Assembly: GCF_036321535.1 (NCBI RefSeq) | Contig: NC_087437.1 | Location: 79,858,001-79,922,000 of the forward strand | Direction: 5' to 3' | Length of the DNA: 64,000 bases | DNA from: Camelus dromedarius | Lineage: Eukaryota | Shown here: positions 10,703 to 24,284 of the stretch, piece after piece | Position numbering within the stretch: position 1 is the first letter of the stretch | Layout: each line of letters begins with the position of its first letter | Position numbers and translations under genes: made by a program | Notes under the pieces: generated by a model | Told to the model about the DNA's origin: nothing | Seen by the model: the letters and a program-made list of their open reading frames with translations, nothing else | The model's database searches: none

Positions 10703-12532
10703 CAAGTAAAGGCAATATTTAGCCAAAATTTTAGATGACAAGTTTCTATTAGGACTAACCTGAAATGAAATTGTCTATGAGAAAAAACATACTACTTTTA
10801 TCATCTTTGCTACCATGACTATTATTACAGGTGTCGGTATGATAAACAGCAGAAAAGGAATAATTAAAATAATGGTAATATCTCAGGCATTGAATTAAAT
10901 TAAGTCCATACTGATCTTTCATAATGAATTCTCATTTATTCTGTGACACATATCTAGAGCTAAGAGCCAGCGGAAGAGGAAAGCAGACAAGGCTTGAGGA
11001 TTTAGTCATTAAAACATAAACCAAACTAATAATTCCACAGTAATTAGAAACCTGTGTAAGTTTGTTACCTTTACCTTAATGTTATTAGCTCAGAGCTTAT
11101 GTGTAGGTGAACAAAGAATTATGAAACATGAGTTAAAGGGAGTTCTGCCTCTGAAAGTCTCTTCACTTGCCAGGAAAACAAGGGTCTAAAAAAAGACCTA
11201 TCTGTCTTAGAGGCTTTATTTTTCCCTTTAACATATTTGACCATTTGACAGATCAAATTTTGCTTTTCAGATTTTGACTTTTGATGAGGACATTCCTCTC
11301 ACTTCACTTTGTTGAAGGACACGGTTTAAATGTTCCAGTGAACAAGGATAGCTTGTCAGCTGCTACAAAGATGCTCTGGGTTGAATGATCTTGTGTATTT
11401 AGAAGAACCTATTCAATTGATGGATGAGCCCAAACATTCCAGCATTTACTGCAAACATATTTTGGATATTGTGCAGTCGTGACCATTTTTCAGCTTGTGT
11501 GGGTCATCAGTAATAACAGAAGAGCTTCCTAAAATGAGAAACAATAATCTCATTTGGTGTTGAAATAGCCACACATCCAAGAGTGCTTCTGAGTAAATGA
11601 TCAACACTGTTCACTGCCCTTTGGCTGCTTCCTCTAATTCACCTCAAGCTGCCAGGGACTTTCATTTCTTTCTCTGCTTCTTTTTCTGTAGGAATTGAAA
11701 TAAAAAATGTGAGCCTTCCTACCCCCAATCCTCATGTACCCCTTACAGAGCAACACCACGTTAATAGCTCTTCTTTGCTCATTAACTTTAGACAAATAAC
11801 CAACTTTCTGTGGCTTAATTTTGTTCATCAAAGTGGTCTGAAATCTAACCTGCCTTGTCTAAATAAAAGAGCCTAGTAATAGTGAGCCAATTACTTTGAA
11901 ATTCCTGGAGTAGACAGCAATCATTAAATTTAAATTCTTCCAATTATTAAAGGATGCCTTGGTCCAAACTGAGCACACTCAGAAGATACCCAGCTTAGAA
12001 ATTGGCAACTTAGTACATTACGCATATAATGGTATTCTAATGCAGTTTCTGTTGCCTAACATAGTAAGTATAGTCATCCATAAGTATCAATTCAGATCAT
12101 CTTTTTCTATTGATTTATTATATAAATTAGGAAGTGTTTGATTTTTATTTCTATTCCTTCTTCAATTGCCAGTGATCACTAATTACATACCCTAACACTT
12201 AGTTCCTCTACCCCTGGTCAAGTAATTAGTAAAAAATAAGCAAAAAATATAAAGTAGTATGAGATAAAAATCCTTTTTATATTGATCCTTTATTATATAA
12301 GAATTATTCCCTTTAAGCATCAATTTGTGTATCTGGGATTTTTTTCAACACCTATATATTTTGTGAACCAAATTATTTTCAGGCTATGAAAGCTATATTA
12401 GTCTTACCTAGTCAAGAGAATCATTTTATAAATAGGACAATCTATAAAATAGAAAAAAATAAGATTCACCACATTAATCTCAACAGAATGGGTGTTAAAT
12501 GAGTTAGCATGGATTATAGAAAATATATTGTT

Positions 12533-12750
12533 TGAGATTTGCAAGTGTTAACCACTATGTATAAAAATAGACAAAAAACAAATTTCTTCTGAATAGCCCT
12601 GGGAACTATAGTCAATATCTTGTAATAACCTTTAATGAAAGAGAATATGAAAGTGAATATATGTTTGTATATGCATGACTGGGACATTATGCTGTACACC
12701 AGAAACTGACACATTGTAACTGACTATACTTCAATTAAAAGAAAAAAGAA
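12533..12750 (+). mobile_element. 5'-truncated young L1 3'UTR with A-rich tail and 15-bp TSD
   Basis: gggaactatagtcaatatcttgtaataacc...tgctgtacaccagaaactgacac...acttcaattaaaa. Perfect TSD agaaaatatattgtt at 12518-12532 and 12751-12765. Confidence 0.92.
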
Positions 12751-12761
12751 AGAAAATATAT

Positions 12762-13299
12762 TGTTGGGAAACAGTTTTTTTATGGGTCTCCTTTGTGTAT
12801 ATACATAACTTATGAGCAGAGTTACTGATAACCTTTATTCCAGACTATCATTTCAAAAATATATTTTTAAGGTCTTCTTTTCAAGAGTGACAAATAGCCT
12901 AGGAAGATAGAAATAGTGTCACCCTCCTAGGCATAGGGCAGATTTATTTCCTGCCCAATATAATAAAGATAATAAAACATGTTGAGATCTCCCTCTAGGC
13001 AAAGGTTGGGTAGTTTTGCTTGCAACCCCTTTAAAGATTGGGATTTCTCATCTGTGACACAAATACACTGCACGTGCAGCACCTGCCTGGGTCCATCACC
13101 AAGTGACGCCCTTGGGATCTGGAGATGGGGAGGGGAACCAATGCAGACAGGAAGCTTATGCTGCCTGTTTTGCCATGAGTAACCAACTCTTTTGTCTCTG
13201 ACCCAAGAATCTCACGTCTTCTCCTAGCATTCATGAATCTATGGCAGGCTCTTTAGCTTACACATAGGATAATATCTCAGATCCTCAGGGTTCTTGACC
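12762..13299 (+). mobile_element. ERVL-class solo LTR (MER54/MER73/MER74-like)
   Basis: Starts TGTTGGGAAACA, contains gcctaggaagatagaaatagtgtc and tttgtctctgacccaagaatctcacgtcttc, ends ttcttgac. Family assignment from recall. Confidence 0.7.
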
Positions 13300-15654
13300 T
13301 ACAGACATGAGTGTGCACTTCTTTATTATTTGTAGGTATTTACAATTCTGAGATAGTACTGTGAATTATCTTACGAACTGATAATGTATGTGCCTGTGTG
13401 TGTATTGGGGCTTAAGTGTATTGTGGATAGGGGAAAATAGCTGAATCAGAATCTCCCAAAGGTAATTTTGCTAATATGGACAACATCACAGCATGCCTAC
13501 GGCCAGCCCTCTGGGTTCTGCAGTATTCATGAAACTCCTGAAAAGGGAACACAGCACAGAGGTTCTGAGTGCAGACCGTGGAGTAATGATGTGCTGTTCC
13601 AACTCTGCCACTGGCTGTGCTATCCTTAACAAGCTACTTGCCTTTTCCTTGTGGTTAGTAACGTATACCTCACAGAGTCGCTGATAAAGCTAGTAGTCAG
13701 TAATTGTATTGTTTTCACCCTCATTAAGTCAAGTAAATCAAAATAATTCAGCTCTGTCTGATTTCACTGAGTCACAAAGATTTGAGGCATACTACATATT
13801 GGATAAATTAATGCCTTAATTTTATAAAATGCAACACTTTTTTTAAACTATTGCTCTATTTAATCCCTCTCTCATGGGTTAACATCCACCTTCACCAACA
13901 ATAACTGATATATTAATGTCTCCTCAAAATACCTCCAAAATCACCACAGTGAACTCAACATTGAAATTTCTTAATAATCATTAGCAACTCTCTCCTTTCC
14001 TAATACTTTATTTCATTTGGCATAAAATCTTTAGGTTTCTTATTGTCTGTATTAAGTATTATATGTACACATATTTTTTTTTCGGATGAGGAATTTTTGG
14101 CATTTAGTACATATTGCCTCTTCTGCCCAAATCTGAAAGTTGAATTCCTAAGAAACCTCATGTTAACCAAAATCCTTATAAAAGCAATAATTATAATGGG
14201 GGAAAACAGAGTTGTAGACACTATTGTGCTGTAATTAGTGTTCTGGACTCACAGTATCAACCAGTTTTCCTGTGGGAATTTTAATATTAAAAGTAGTTGT
14301 ATGGTTAAATCTTATTTTATTGCATCATAAATTCCTTGGTTAATACTGGAAATAGGTAACTAACCAATTCTTTGTTTATTTGTCAATCCACGGATGTGAG
14401 AGTCTTATAAACTATAGCACGTGTTCTCATAAGAGATGAAGCACAAATTGGACATAAGATACCATGTAAAATAACCACAAAATAGAAACAAATCGTAGTA
14501 TAATTTATAACTACCATCAGGAAAGAAAAAAATACGACAGCAATCCAGCAGCCATAACTAATAAACTCACACGAGTAGCTGAGTGTATTTATGGTGCCCA
14601 TACTCTTTTTTTTTCTTTAAGGTCACTATTATTTCCAAAATACTTCACGGTCACTTCAGTTTCCCTGTACAGAAGCCACTGTGCTATTTAAGTACATGCT
14701 AATTGTTGTGTTCCTAAAGATGGTTAAAATGAGGATCTGAGTCAGTGGCAGACACTCTCTGTACCCCCAAGAAAAGCCCAATACATTTTCATAAGTGATA
14801 AGAAGTCATCAGGAAAGAATCTCATTGGGACATTTCAATCTATTAATCAAGAAAACTCAATATATTTTATATACTGATCTTCCCTTGTCCCCTCTTTTTT
14901 CCTCCTCATACTGCACACCTCACATCTACCAATTTCCTAAAGAACTTACATCTGACAGGTGGTGTGGATGAATTGCTCTATGTCTGTCTAGGTGTTGTCA
15001 GGAGTCCAGCAGCCCAAGTAGCCGTTCCAGGAATTCAGAGTGAAAAAAAGTGGTCAGAATTCACGATCTGGTCCTATAAAATCTGAATGCTATCTGTTCC
15101 ATCTACAGGATTTCCTCATTCAACGGGCTCACCAGTTGAAGCAGACAGACGTAAGGACCCTCCGCTGTCCTCTGCTCTCTCCTTCAACTCAAGGATCAGA
15201 AGCTTTAAGTTTCCCAAACTGAACAGATTCTTCTCTGGTTGCTGCCAGAGCTGATACACAATCCAGACTGATCTCACCACCACGGATTCAAAAAAGTGCT
15301 TATTTCTTTTCTTCAAAATCCATGTAAAAAAAAATGGTGAGGACAAAGTGGTAAGAGGTGTGCATGGACAGGTACAGAATCAAAGTGTCTGAGGCAGTGA
15401 CATGGACTGGGGTCTGTTCTGAAATACAGAATCCGGAGCCCATGGTCACTCTGAGTGCTCACTTTGTGTGTTCCTGCTGAGGGCATACTAATATGTACTG
15501 CCTTCCTACAGCCAACAGCACAGCTGCAAGAAAAATAAAGAACCCATTGCTGCAAAAAAAAAAATTAAAAAACTGATGAAGCAGTTCAAAGGTTTACTCA
15601 TAAAATGTCCCTTCAGAGCAGAGTCTTGAAAAGTTTTGTCCTTCTCAGTTCCTA

Positions 15655-15787
15655 AGGAGGGAGACTGAGGCATGGGGAGGTTAAATGAGTTGACAAGGTC
15701 ACCCAGGGAGTCAGTGAATTGACCAGAAATAGTCCCCAGGACTCCTGCCTCCTACACCACAGCTCCAACCACTGGACCATGTTTCCT
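15655..15787 (-). mobile_element. MIR SINE
   Basis: gagactgaggcatggggaggttaaatgagttgacaaggtcacccagggagtcagtg is the reverse MIR core. Confidence 0.8.
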
Positions 15788-15885
15788 GATGGCAGCGAAG
15801 CATGAGACCACAGCGGTTTGCCAGCAACATCAAATAGCATTTTGCCAGTATAATTTACCTCTTTCAGAATTAAATAATAATACCA

Positions 15886-16340
15886 TTTTACCTTAATCTA
15901 TCACCTTTCATCCCAGGGGAGCCTAAAGTGCTAAGTGCTTTAGTTATGAGTTTTAGCAGCTTACATATAAATCACTTCACACATCATTAAAATGCAGCTG
16001 TCCTTGGAGTCCACGTTGCAGCTGTTGAACATAAGTATCCCAACTGTTAAACATTTATTGAGCACCAACAATGTGCTAAATGCTAGAGAGAATGCAAATT
16101 TTGAACTTCGGGAGCTTATAGAAACTAGGAAATAGAGGAAAACTACTTAAAATCTTGATGACATATAAAGTAGAAATCAGACTATTAATGGAAGACACTT
16201 TTGTTTCTAGTGAACATAATCATCCAGGGGTCTGGAAAATTGCCTTTGGTTGTAGAAAAAGAACCCTTAGAGAAATGCTCTAAAAATGTGAAGCAAGTTT
16301 AGACCACAGACAAAGCGATTTCAGATTCATTTCTAGACAT
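15886..16340 (-). mobile_element. AmnSINE1 (5S-derived Deu-SINE) relic, interrupted by a short L2 piece at about 16045-16120
   Basis: Minus strand of 15886-16031 reads tgttcaacagctgcaacgtggactccaaggacagctgcattttaatgatgtgtgaagtgatttatatgta...agcactttaggctcccctgggatgaaaggtgatagat, which aligns with the recalled AmnSINE1 3' tail. Weaker similarity continues to about 16340. Confidence 0.7.
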
Positions 16341-17499
16341 TCCACTCATCTTTACCTGGTTCCTCACATTTACTTCTCATTCTTCCTTGTTCTCAGACAC
16401 TTACAATGACACATTTTAAACAGCCAAGTCCGATAAGTTTAATGTAACCTGACCTGATTTTCCCATGGAGATCCATCATACAAGGACAAGTATTCCTTCC
16501 TGGGTGTGGGGTGGGGGGTGGGGGAATCCTGAAGAGACCAAGCACACCTGAGCTTTAAGTGTGCAGTTTACATTACCAGTAAGTACTGACATGGTTAATG
16601 GAAAAATAATAATTTTATAATAAAGAGTGAAAATAGAATTATAAGTTTTTTAACCATATTTCCCACACTATACACTTTAAAATATGATGTGACATAATAA
16701 ACTCTATGCACCAAGTAGATGTGTCACAAAAATTATGAGTGGAATTAACCAGAATCATTTTTATTTGCATTTTTTAACACAACCATGTGAAAAGTTAAAG
16801 GGAAATAAAGGACAGTTCAAAGGAATAGAAAAATCCCAAATGCGGAAGTGAGTTTCTGCTTTATCTGTCCAGTATTCTGTGGCTTGAGAACATGCTTTGG
16901 TTGTTCAGATGTCATTTTGCAGCACTTTGTGCCAAATGATTGCTTTTTAAAATGAACGAGTTGCGCTGGTCTTCAGGGAGGAAAAGACACAGAAGCACAG
17001 CAAAGGACTGTATTTGATGTGCTGCAGACGCGAACCAACAAAGGGAGCACGTTGTCTAAAACACAGGGCTTGGGCATGGGAGTGAGAAGCTCGCTCTGCC
17101 CTCAGAGTCCCCTCTGCTAGCAAAATAGAACAAAAGCAAAACCACACAATTTGCTTTACTTGGTTGTTTTTGTTGATTCTTGGCTTATTAATGGTTGGCA
17201 TTTGAGGAAGTTTTATATAAATAGTTAGTAAAATCTCCCTGAAGGAGGCTAATCTGAAAAAGTGAACATACTGGCTGAAAGAAATAAATTTCATTGTCTT
17301 CAAGTACCTATGATGACATGAGTTAATAAAAGATCAACTCTGGATTAATTAATAGCTTAAAATAATCTGGAATTCTTTTCAATTAAAATGTGCTACTCAG
17401 ATCTTAATTTTTCAATACGTACATAATGTTAAAACACACGTATGTAGGTGTAAAGGTAATGGAGAAAACCTGGTTTTGCTGAGCGAAAGTGAAATAGTT

Positions 17500-18400
17500 T
17501 CAGGAACGTAAACTGGCAAGGTGTTCAGCATGATTCAGCCACATGATACAACTGCTAGAAAGGCTGAAGGGAGCCTTAGTCTGTAATCACTTATCCATTT
17601 TGGTCAACACCCTTTATTGAGTATTTAGCTGTACCCAACATAAAGGGGAATCCAGTGTTGAAGAATGCCTTGTCCTTGTCTCAGGGAGCTTAGCATTTAG
17701 TGGTGCAAAATAAATAACAAATGAATGAAGAAAATCACCATTCAATGTGATAGATGCCAAAATAAAGGTGCATATATAAAGCGACTTTAAGAACAGAGGA
17801 GGAGGAGAGGAGAGATATAAAGGAAGATGTATGAATTCTACAGAATGAAAAGGATTCCACCAGGAAAAGGAGACTTGGGCATGGGAGGCATGGACTTTAG
17901 AAGCAGGGTATCCAAAAACAAAGATGACAATGTTCAGATTCTACTCAGTGTACGTTGAACTCCACCTGGACAAGTTAACTGTGTCCAAAAGAGACCTCTG
18001 TTCTGAGAGAATCTGAAATCCTCATTTTCAAGTGGAGTCAATGGGAATGTGGAATCTTCAAGGAAGAAAAGAGGAAAAACATCTGTGTTCTCCTTAGATA
18101 CTTAAAGATTCACATGTGAAAGAGAGAGAACAGCTTGCCCTGTTTAGCTTCTAAGAACAGAAGAAGAGGGAACGCTGGGGAGAAATTAGAGAGAAGCAGA
18201 CCTGGGCTTAATACGTGGACGGATATACCTGGAGCGGTTTCCAAATACAATGAGATTTCACTACGATGGGAGATGTTGAGGCCAAATTGAATTATTGTCC
18301 TAGACAACGAAGAAGAAATGTAACCATTACGTGGATGAGTTCACTGACATCTACAATCTGTATCTTTCTTGAGACTCTAAAAACTATCGTAAAACCAGCC
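17500..18400 (+). mobile_element. L3/CR1 LINE relic interrupted by a minus-strand L2 piece (about 17588-17880)
   Basis: CR1-like phrases: tctactcagtgtacgttgaactccacctgga, gaagaaaaga...tccttagatacttaaag, gagaagcagacctgggcttaata. L2 piece: tttattgagtatttagctgta...cttgtctcagggagcttagc. Confidence 0.55.
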
Positions 18401-18437
18401 CAAGTGGTGGTGGGCATGGCTTGTTTCACAAGCACAC

Positions 18438-18780
18438 TGTTGTCCTAGTTCAGGCTGCTGTTGCCAAAACACCACACACTGGTGGCTTATGAACAACAGA
18501 ATTTCATCTCATTTCAGAGCTGTTCTGCAGCCTGGAGTTCCAAGATCAGGGTGCCAGCATGGTCAAGTTCTGGTGAGAACCCTCTTCTGTGCTGAGGACT
18601 GCCCACTGCTCCCTGTAATCGCGTGATGGAGAGCGGAGACAGACTCGTGACTCTTAGAGGGACACTAATCCCATTCATTTCATCCTAATTATCTCCCAAA
18701 GGCCTCACGTCCTGACACCATTCTGTTGGGAGGGTGGGTTTCAACATGTGGATTTGGGGGAAGGTACTCCGACTGTAACA
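18438..18780 (-). mobile_element. MLT1A-type MaLR solo LTR
   Basis: tagttcaggctgct...accacacactggtggctta..aacaacaga...ccaagatcagggtgccagcatggtc...ttcaacatgtggatttgggg...taaca. Confidence 0.85.
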
Positions 18781-19159
18781 GTTGTGTATGTTATGCTAGG
18801 TTTCTGGTGTGCTAGTAAGACCCCAGAGCTGAGCACAATGGATCACACATGCAAACACTGTTTCCCCAAGGGATACTCTCAATGGTAGACAAAATCACCT
18901 CTGCCCATTATGGAAAGTTAAGAATTTCATAAGCAATTTATGAGAGGAAAGGATGATGGAATTAATAGAAACAAATAATACTGTGGCATTTTCCTTCCCT
19001 TCCTCCAATGGAAGGAAAGAGGCTATGTCTTCTTTCAAATTTTGAGCTAAGTGGGAGCGGGCAGTAAGCCAACCTCTGAAAAAGAAACCTGGGGCCATTC
19101 GGAAAAGAATAGTGACCTGCAGACTTAATGTTTTCGAAGCACTGAGCTTGTGGGTTGGA

Positions 19160-19527
19160 TGCTACCCACTAGACTAAATGTTGATGTCCCTCCAAAATTA
19201 ATATGTTGAAATCCTAACCCTCAATGTAATGGTATTAGGAGGTGGGGCCTTTGGAGGGTGATTAGATCCCAAGAGTGGAGCCCCCGTGAACGTGGGTAGT
19301 GTCCTTGTAAAAGATACCCCAGAAAGCTCCCTCATCCCTTTTGCCTCGTGAGGACATAGCAAGAAGGCAGCTGTCTATGAACCAGGAAGTGGGCCCTCAC
19401 CGGATACCAAATCAGCACCTTGATCTTGGACTCCCCTGTCTCCAGAACTGTGAGAAATAAATAGCTGTTGTTAATAAGCTGCCCAGTCTGTAGCATTTTG
19501 TTATAGCAGCCTGCACGGACTAAGACA
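19160..19527 (+). mobile_element. MLT1A0-type MaLR solo LTR
   Basis: atatgttgaaatcctaaccctcaatgtaatggtattaggaggtggggcctttgg...ccttgatcttggact...tccagaactgtgagaaataaat...ttgttatagcagcc...gactaagaca. Confidence 0.92.
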
Positions 19528-21519
19528 CCATCATAGGACCATGGCTGAATGCAGTGAAAGGGGTCTTTGGAAAATCTGACATACATTCTTCAGAATTTGG
19601 AGAATGTGAGGACTTGTGCATGATCCTAGCCTGAAAGCCAGAAGAGAGGAGAGCTATGTGAGTGGCACACATTTCCAGAGTTCGGTAGAACAAGGATACA
19701 TGAAGTTCTCAATAAGCCATTGCAGAAGAGAACTGGGCTAGATCCTTTCTGAAAGGATCCTGCCTTCCAGAGCTTCTTGTTGGCATTAAAGTTTCCCAGA
19801 GGAAATTCCTGGGCAGGAGCTGAGGGAGAACTGTACGTTCCAGGACAGAGGACTTCAGCGCAGATGCACGAGATTAAGAGTGGGGAAAGTCTCTTAAAAA
19901 AACCCTCCCAAGTCTTCCAAGAGAGAGCACTGCAGGATGGAGACCATGAAATGAATACTCAGTAATTACAGACAGAGCCAGGCAGATCATGCTTTGCCTT
20001 TTCCTCCTTGTTCCCAGAGGAGCCAGAAGCAGGAAGCAAAGAGGGGAGGAGTTGAAGCAAGGAACACTGGAAGAACTGAAGTCGTCCCCCCACCCCATTA
20101 CTGGTCTGGGAAGTCTTTGGTCAGGCCTGACCTGGGAAGAGGACAAACTTTCAACTGCATGGAAGACAGGATTTTATGTTATTATTTTTTTTAGATCAAA
20201 CTGAACCCCTTCAATCTGAAAAGGGTAATACCAGAAAAGTTATGTCATTTTCCCAAGTTATCATCAACATATGGGGAACAGAGATTCAACATAATTTGTT
20301 AAAGCCAACAGCGGAGAAAAGGAGCTCTTTCCTGAATGCATTCCTTAAATCCAAGCCATTTTTTAAAACTGGCAAAAAATATATCTTATTGAAAGCTTCT
20401 CTAAGTATTTAATTTATACAGAACATCCCTTATTTATTTATTTGCAATATCCCTAAAACTTCCAGTATTGTTCACCAGATTTTATAGTAAATTTTAGGAA
20501 AATTCTAAATTAGAGTTTATAATATATTAAAAGAACTGCACTCATGTTTGCATTTTGAGCCTCCTTATGAATGAAGACACTGTAGAGTATTTATGGAAAT
20601 CCAGCTTGGGAGAAAGAAATGAGAGAGAACAAATAGGGCATGGTAATTAAGTTTTGTTCTGATCTAACTTCACTCTTCTTTGCAATGAAAAGCAGCAGGA
20701 TGAACTTCCATTCTTGAAAATGTTGACTGGTGGCATTAGTTACTGTGAGCACATCTACTGTGTACACTGTGAAGGTTGCCTAATCACAGAAGGAGCCAAT
20801 ACAAGTTTATGCTGCAACCCTGTATTACTCGGTAATATACAGCCCATTCAGAACTGTTTCCTAGAAGCTTTTTATTGAGTATCACAAAATCCACACTGTG
20901 AATAAAATTTAGAGTTTATTAAAGCAGATGGAAACATGTTATGCTTATGGGGGTTATGGGGAACAGTTTCAACCAGCATCCCCACTCCAGTCCATTATTA
21001 GTGGCCTACTATAGCACTGTGCTGAGAATGAGGCTATAGTCACATCAGGGTGCAGCAGGAGGACCACAGGCAATTAGCAACATGTACCATGAACAAGGAG
21101 AAGGAAGAGGTGACAGAGGAGATGGAAGTGGGCTGTATACTTGTCACTTCTGAATTAAAGCCTATTTTTCCTTTTACTATGGCAACTGATATCAAGGTAA
21201 AGGCAGGCTGTCGATTCATGCTGAAATGGAGAGAAAACTATGGTTTCACAACAGACAGGTAGCATCAAATTATTCCACAATAACCAAAATGACCTGCTAT
21301 TTTTGGTTCTCAGTTGTTGGTCTATTAACTCAACATCAGAAGCATGTCTCTGGAAGGGGACAGGAGGCACAGAATGGGGAAATGAGCAACTGAAGACTTA
21401 GGCATTGCAAGCTCATGGCTCCATAAAGTGTACAGAAAAATGTCCCCAAAGCCACCAACAACCCCAGCTTTCTTGGAAAGAAAAAAATATATGTAAAGTT
21501 ATGTACACATATATATTTA

Positions 21520-22128
21520 TCAGTTCTCAATTTTTATCATTATTCACAGTAGTAATAATTATGTTCTATAAAGTCACTATGAAGACTGAACTACTGAATA
21601 CCAAACAATTGTTCCTAGCAGAAATACACAGTTAGGTTCCTGTGAGTCTCTGGTCACATTTTCATCAGTAGATCAGTAGGTAACCTTATTTTATGTGTGT
21701 TTCTGCTCAGAGATATCTTATTTAATGTATAATGTGACTCATTAACATTGAACTCCTGGACAAGCACACTATAAATCATGCCTGAACAAAGCTCATCTAA
21801 CACATAATTTCTCTGTAAGGCACATCACAGCCTTGTTGCACTGAGGAACAGCACTGAGATAGCACTTCTGCACTATGCTTAGGGGCATTTTAAAAAACAA
21901 AGTCAGCAACAAAAAGCACTAATGGCACTAAGGAGACCACACAAAGGACACCTGTTTACAGTATGAGAATAGAACATACACATCAGGCAACTCCAAATTC
22001 TTATGGACTCTGCATATGTCCACAAATGACCATGAAAGTATATGAGTATTGATTTTGGGGTCACAAATAAGTTTTAGTGAATAAGTGAATTTGCAAATAC
22101 AAAAATCTGAGAATAATGAGGTTAAGCT
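21520..22128 (-). mobile_element. MER82 (TcMar-Tigger) element
   Basis: Right end gagtattgattttggggtcacaaataagttttagtgaataagtgaatttgcaaatac...gagaataatgagg is the reverse of the recalled MER82 start. Left end tcattattcacagtag. Confidence 0.8.
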
Positions 22129-23244
22129 CCATGTGTGTCTCTGTGTGTATCTGTAAATGCTAGAATGCTGGGATTTTTTCATTAGAAGTAGAGACACAAT
22201 CTTTAATTGGCCTCAAGAGTTTACATTTAATTGAAGAATTAGGACTAGCAAAAACAAAGAAAATATAAACTGGATATATAAGGAGACTATACTCAATGGC
22301 TGAGATGTTAATAAGAAATTAGAAGAGTCATTTCTGGAAGATTCAAAGCAGACTTTTTTTTTAAGTGGGAATTTTTCTGGGTTCTTGAGTTTAGCATAGA
22401 ATGTGTCTAAGTGTGATGCAGCAGATAGGGTAAGGGTCCAGAGTGAACATAAGTTTGGAGGCAAGACTAATCCCCTGAGGACCCCCTTCAGTGCTCCAGA
22501 ACCAGCAGAACATGGAAGCAGAGAGAAAGTCTGAGCCAACAGGACTGCACAGACAGAGCAGCATGCCTGAGGGCTTCATTCTGGAGTCAGAAATACACAC
22601 CAGTCTGACCTATGTATTCCGATTTCAGACTCAGGCTCCTACGGAATAATGGCTGTGTCTTTTGTATCTGTGTGTATTTAGCTAAATTAAGCGCAGAGCA
22701 CTCTGAAAAGAAGGACACTTGATAAATGTGTTTCCTGGCTATTCATTCACTCTGGCTCCTGCAAGAGAAGTGAATGTTTATAGTTTTTTCCCCCTTTCCT
22801 GGCAGTCTGACTGTGGGGATGCAGCATGTTCCTTCTTGCTGCCATTCCCTCTTCCCGGGATAAAGGAGAGAAAATGACTTGAGCCATAACAAATATTAGT
22901 CCAGGTCTATTACTAAGCATTCCCAAGGGAGTAGAGACTAAATAAATCCACCCTGTGGCTTTCAGAGGGGCAATGTCCACGAGGACTGGATTTCTGAATG
23001 CTTCCTGAGAACGTGCCCATGATTAACTTCCTTGCTGTCATTCAAAATGAGGGGATGCAACACTCAGCAATGAATGTCACAGTCATTTCTGCAAAGCGTT
23101 TAAGTACCCTCCATAAACATACTATTCTACAGCAGATGCACGTTTTTGTAGTTGTTCCTGTTAGGAAAGGTCTTATTTACAAAAAAGGGCAAACAGATGG
23201 ATGTTACTGGGGTGAAGTAACAGACTCAGGCAATCCACTCTGGC

Positions 23245-23540
23245 TGGGGTCGGCAACATTTTTGTAAAAGTCCAGATAATAAATATTTCAGGCTTTGCCT
23301 GAGAGTCACCCTCCATGGGAACGCAGTCATAAATAACACACAAATGAATGTGCAGCTGTATTCCAATAAAACTTTATTTTGGGGCATAAATATTTAAATT
23401 TGAAATGCCTTCGCATGTTATGAAATATTGTTGTTCTTTTGATTTTTTTTTTTTAACTGTTTACAAATGTAACAGCCGTTGTTACCTTGCTGTATACACA
23501 ACACAGATTTGGCCCAGTGGCTGGAGTTGACTGACTTCTG
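23245..23540 (+). mobile_element. MER58B-like hAT-Charlie MITE
   Basis: ggggtcggcaac.ttttt.gtaaa.gtccagata.taaatattt.aggctttgc...gctgtattccaataaaactttatt...gatttggcccagtggctggagttgactgacttctg. Confidence 0.85.
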
Positions 23541-24284
23541 TTCTTAAGTAAAAGAGGGTAAACACTTTGCAGAGAAAGCCTGAGAGAGAGAGCCCTGGGG
23601 CAGGCGAGGGGTGTCGTCATGAATCCAGGTGCCAAGACGAGGCTCTTAGTCTCTGAAAGGCCCAAGTCCTGCCCCCAAAGGTATATTCTCCAGGGACTAG
23701 AGACACAGGCTTTGGCTGCCTTAGTAGCTTGAAAAGATACCCCAAAGTAGCACTGAAGTGATTCTTTCATCAAAGACCAAAGAGCTAATGCTACCTTTCA
23801 AACAAGTACCACTCAGGCACACAGTCTTAACTCTGGCCTGCCTGTCCCAGTCTCCTGGATATAATTGCATTACTCTCACTGTCCTTTGACAGGCGCTGCC
23901 TCACTGAAAGTATCTTTTGGAAAGGGTAATCACTTGGTGGGAGGCAGGGGCAGGGACAAGGGGTTGGTCTTGGGCTCCTGGCCAACTGGTCATCACTAAA
24001 GTCATGGTCTGAAGAGTAGACAGAGATTTCCATTTAAGAATTCTAACAACAGACAGTTAAAACTGAAAAAAAAAAAAAAGTGACTTTCACATATGGCTTT
24101 GCATATGGTAAACAGCGCATTTTGGTTTTGCACAGATAAAGTCTGTGAAACAGTCTATTCCACTCCAGATTCTGTATGCAGTCTTTTTCTTACGATACAT
24201 GATGGAGTTGATCTCAGCTTCGTATAAGATCAGTCTCCCTATAGTCATTCAAGTAACAGGTTTTAAACCCCTTGTATGCACCAA

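Noticed and set aside
12514..12714. Similar hydrophobic ORFs at 12514-12714 and 59704-59907 suggesting a duplicated gene
   Set aside because: Both are antisense translations of the same L1 3'UTR family.
15109..15150. Possible 42-nt + strand exon (ctacag|GAT...GAC|gtaagg; DFLIQRAHQLKQTD)
   Set aside because: Weak donor, short pyrimidine tract and no recognisable peptide. Too likely to be chance.
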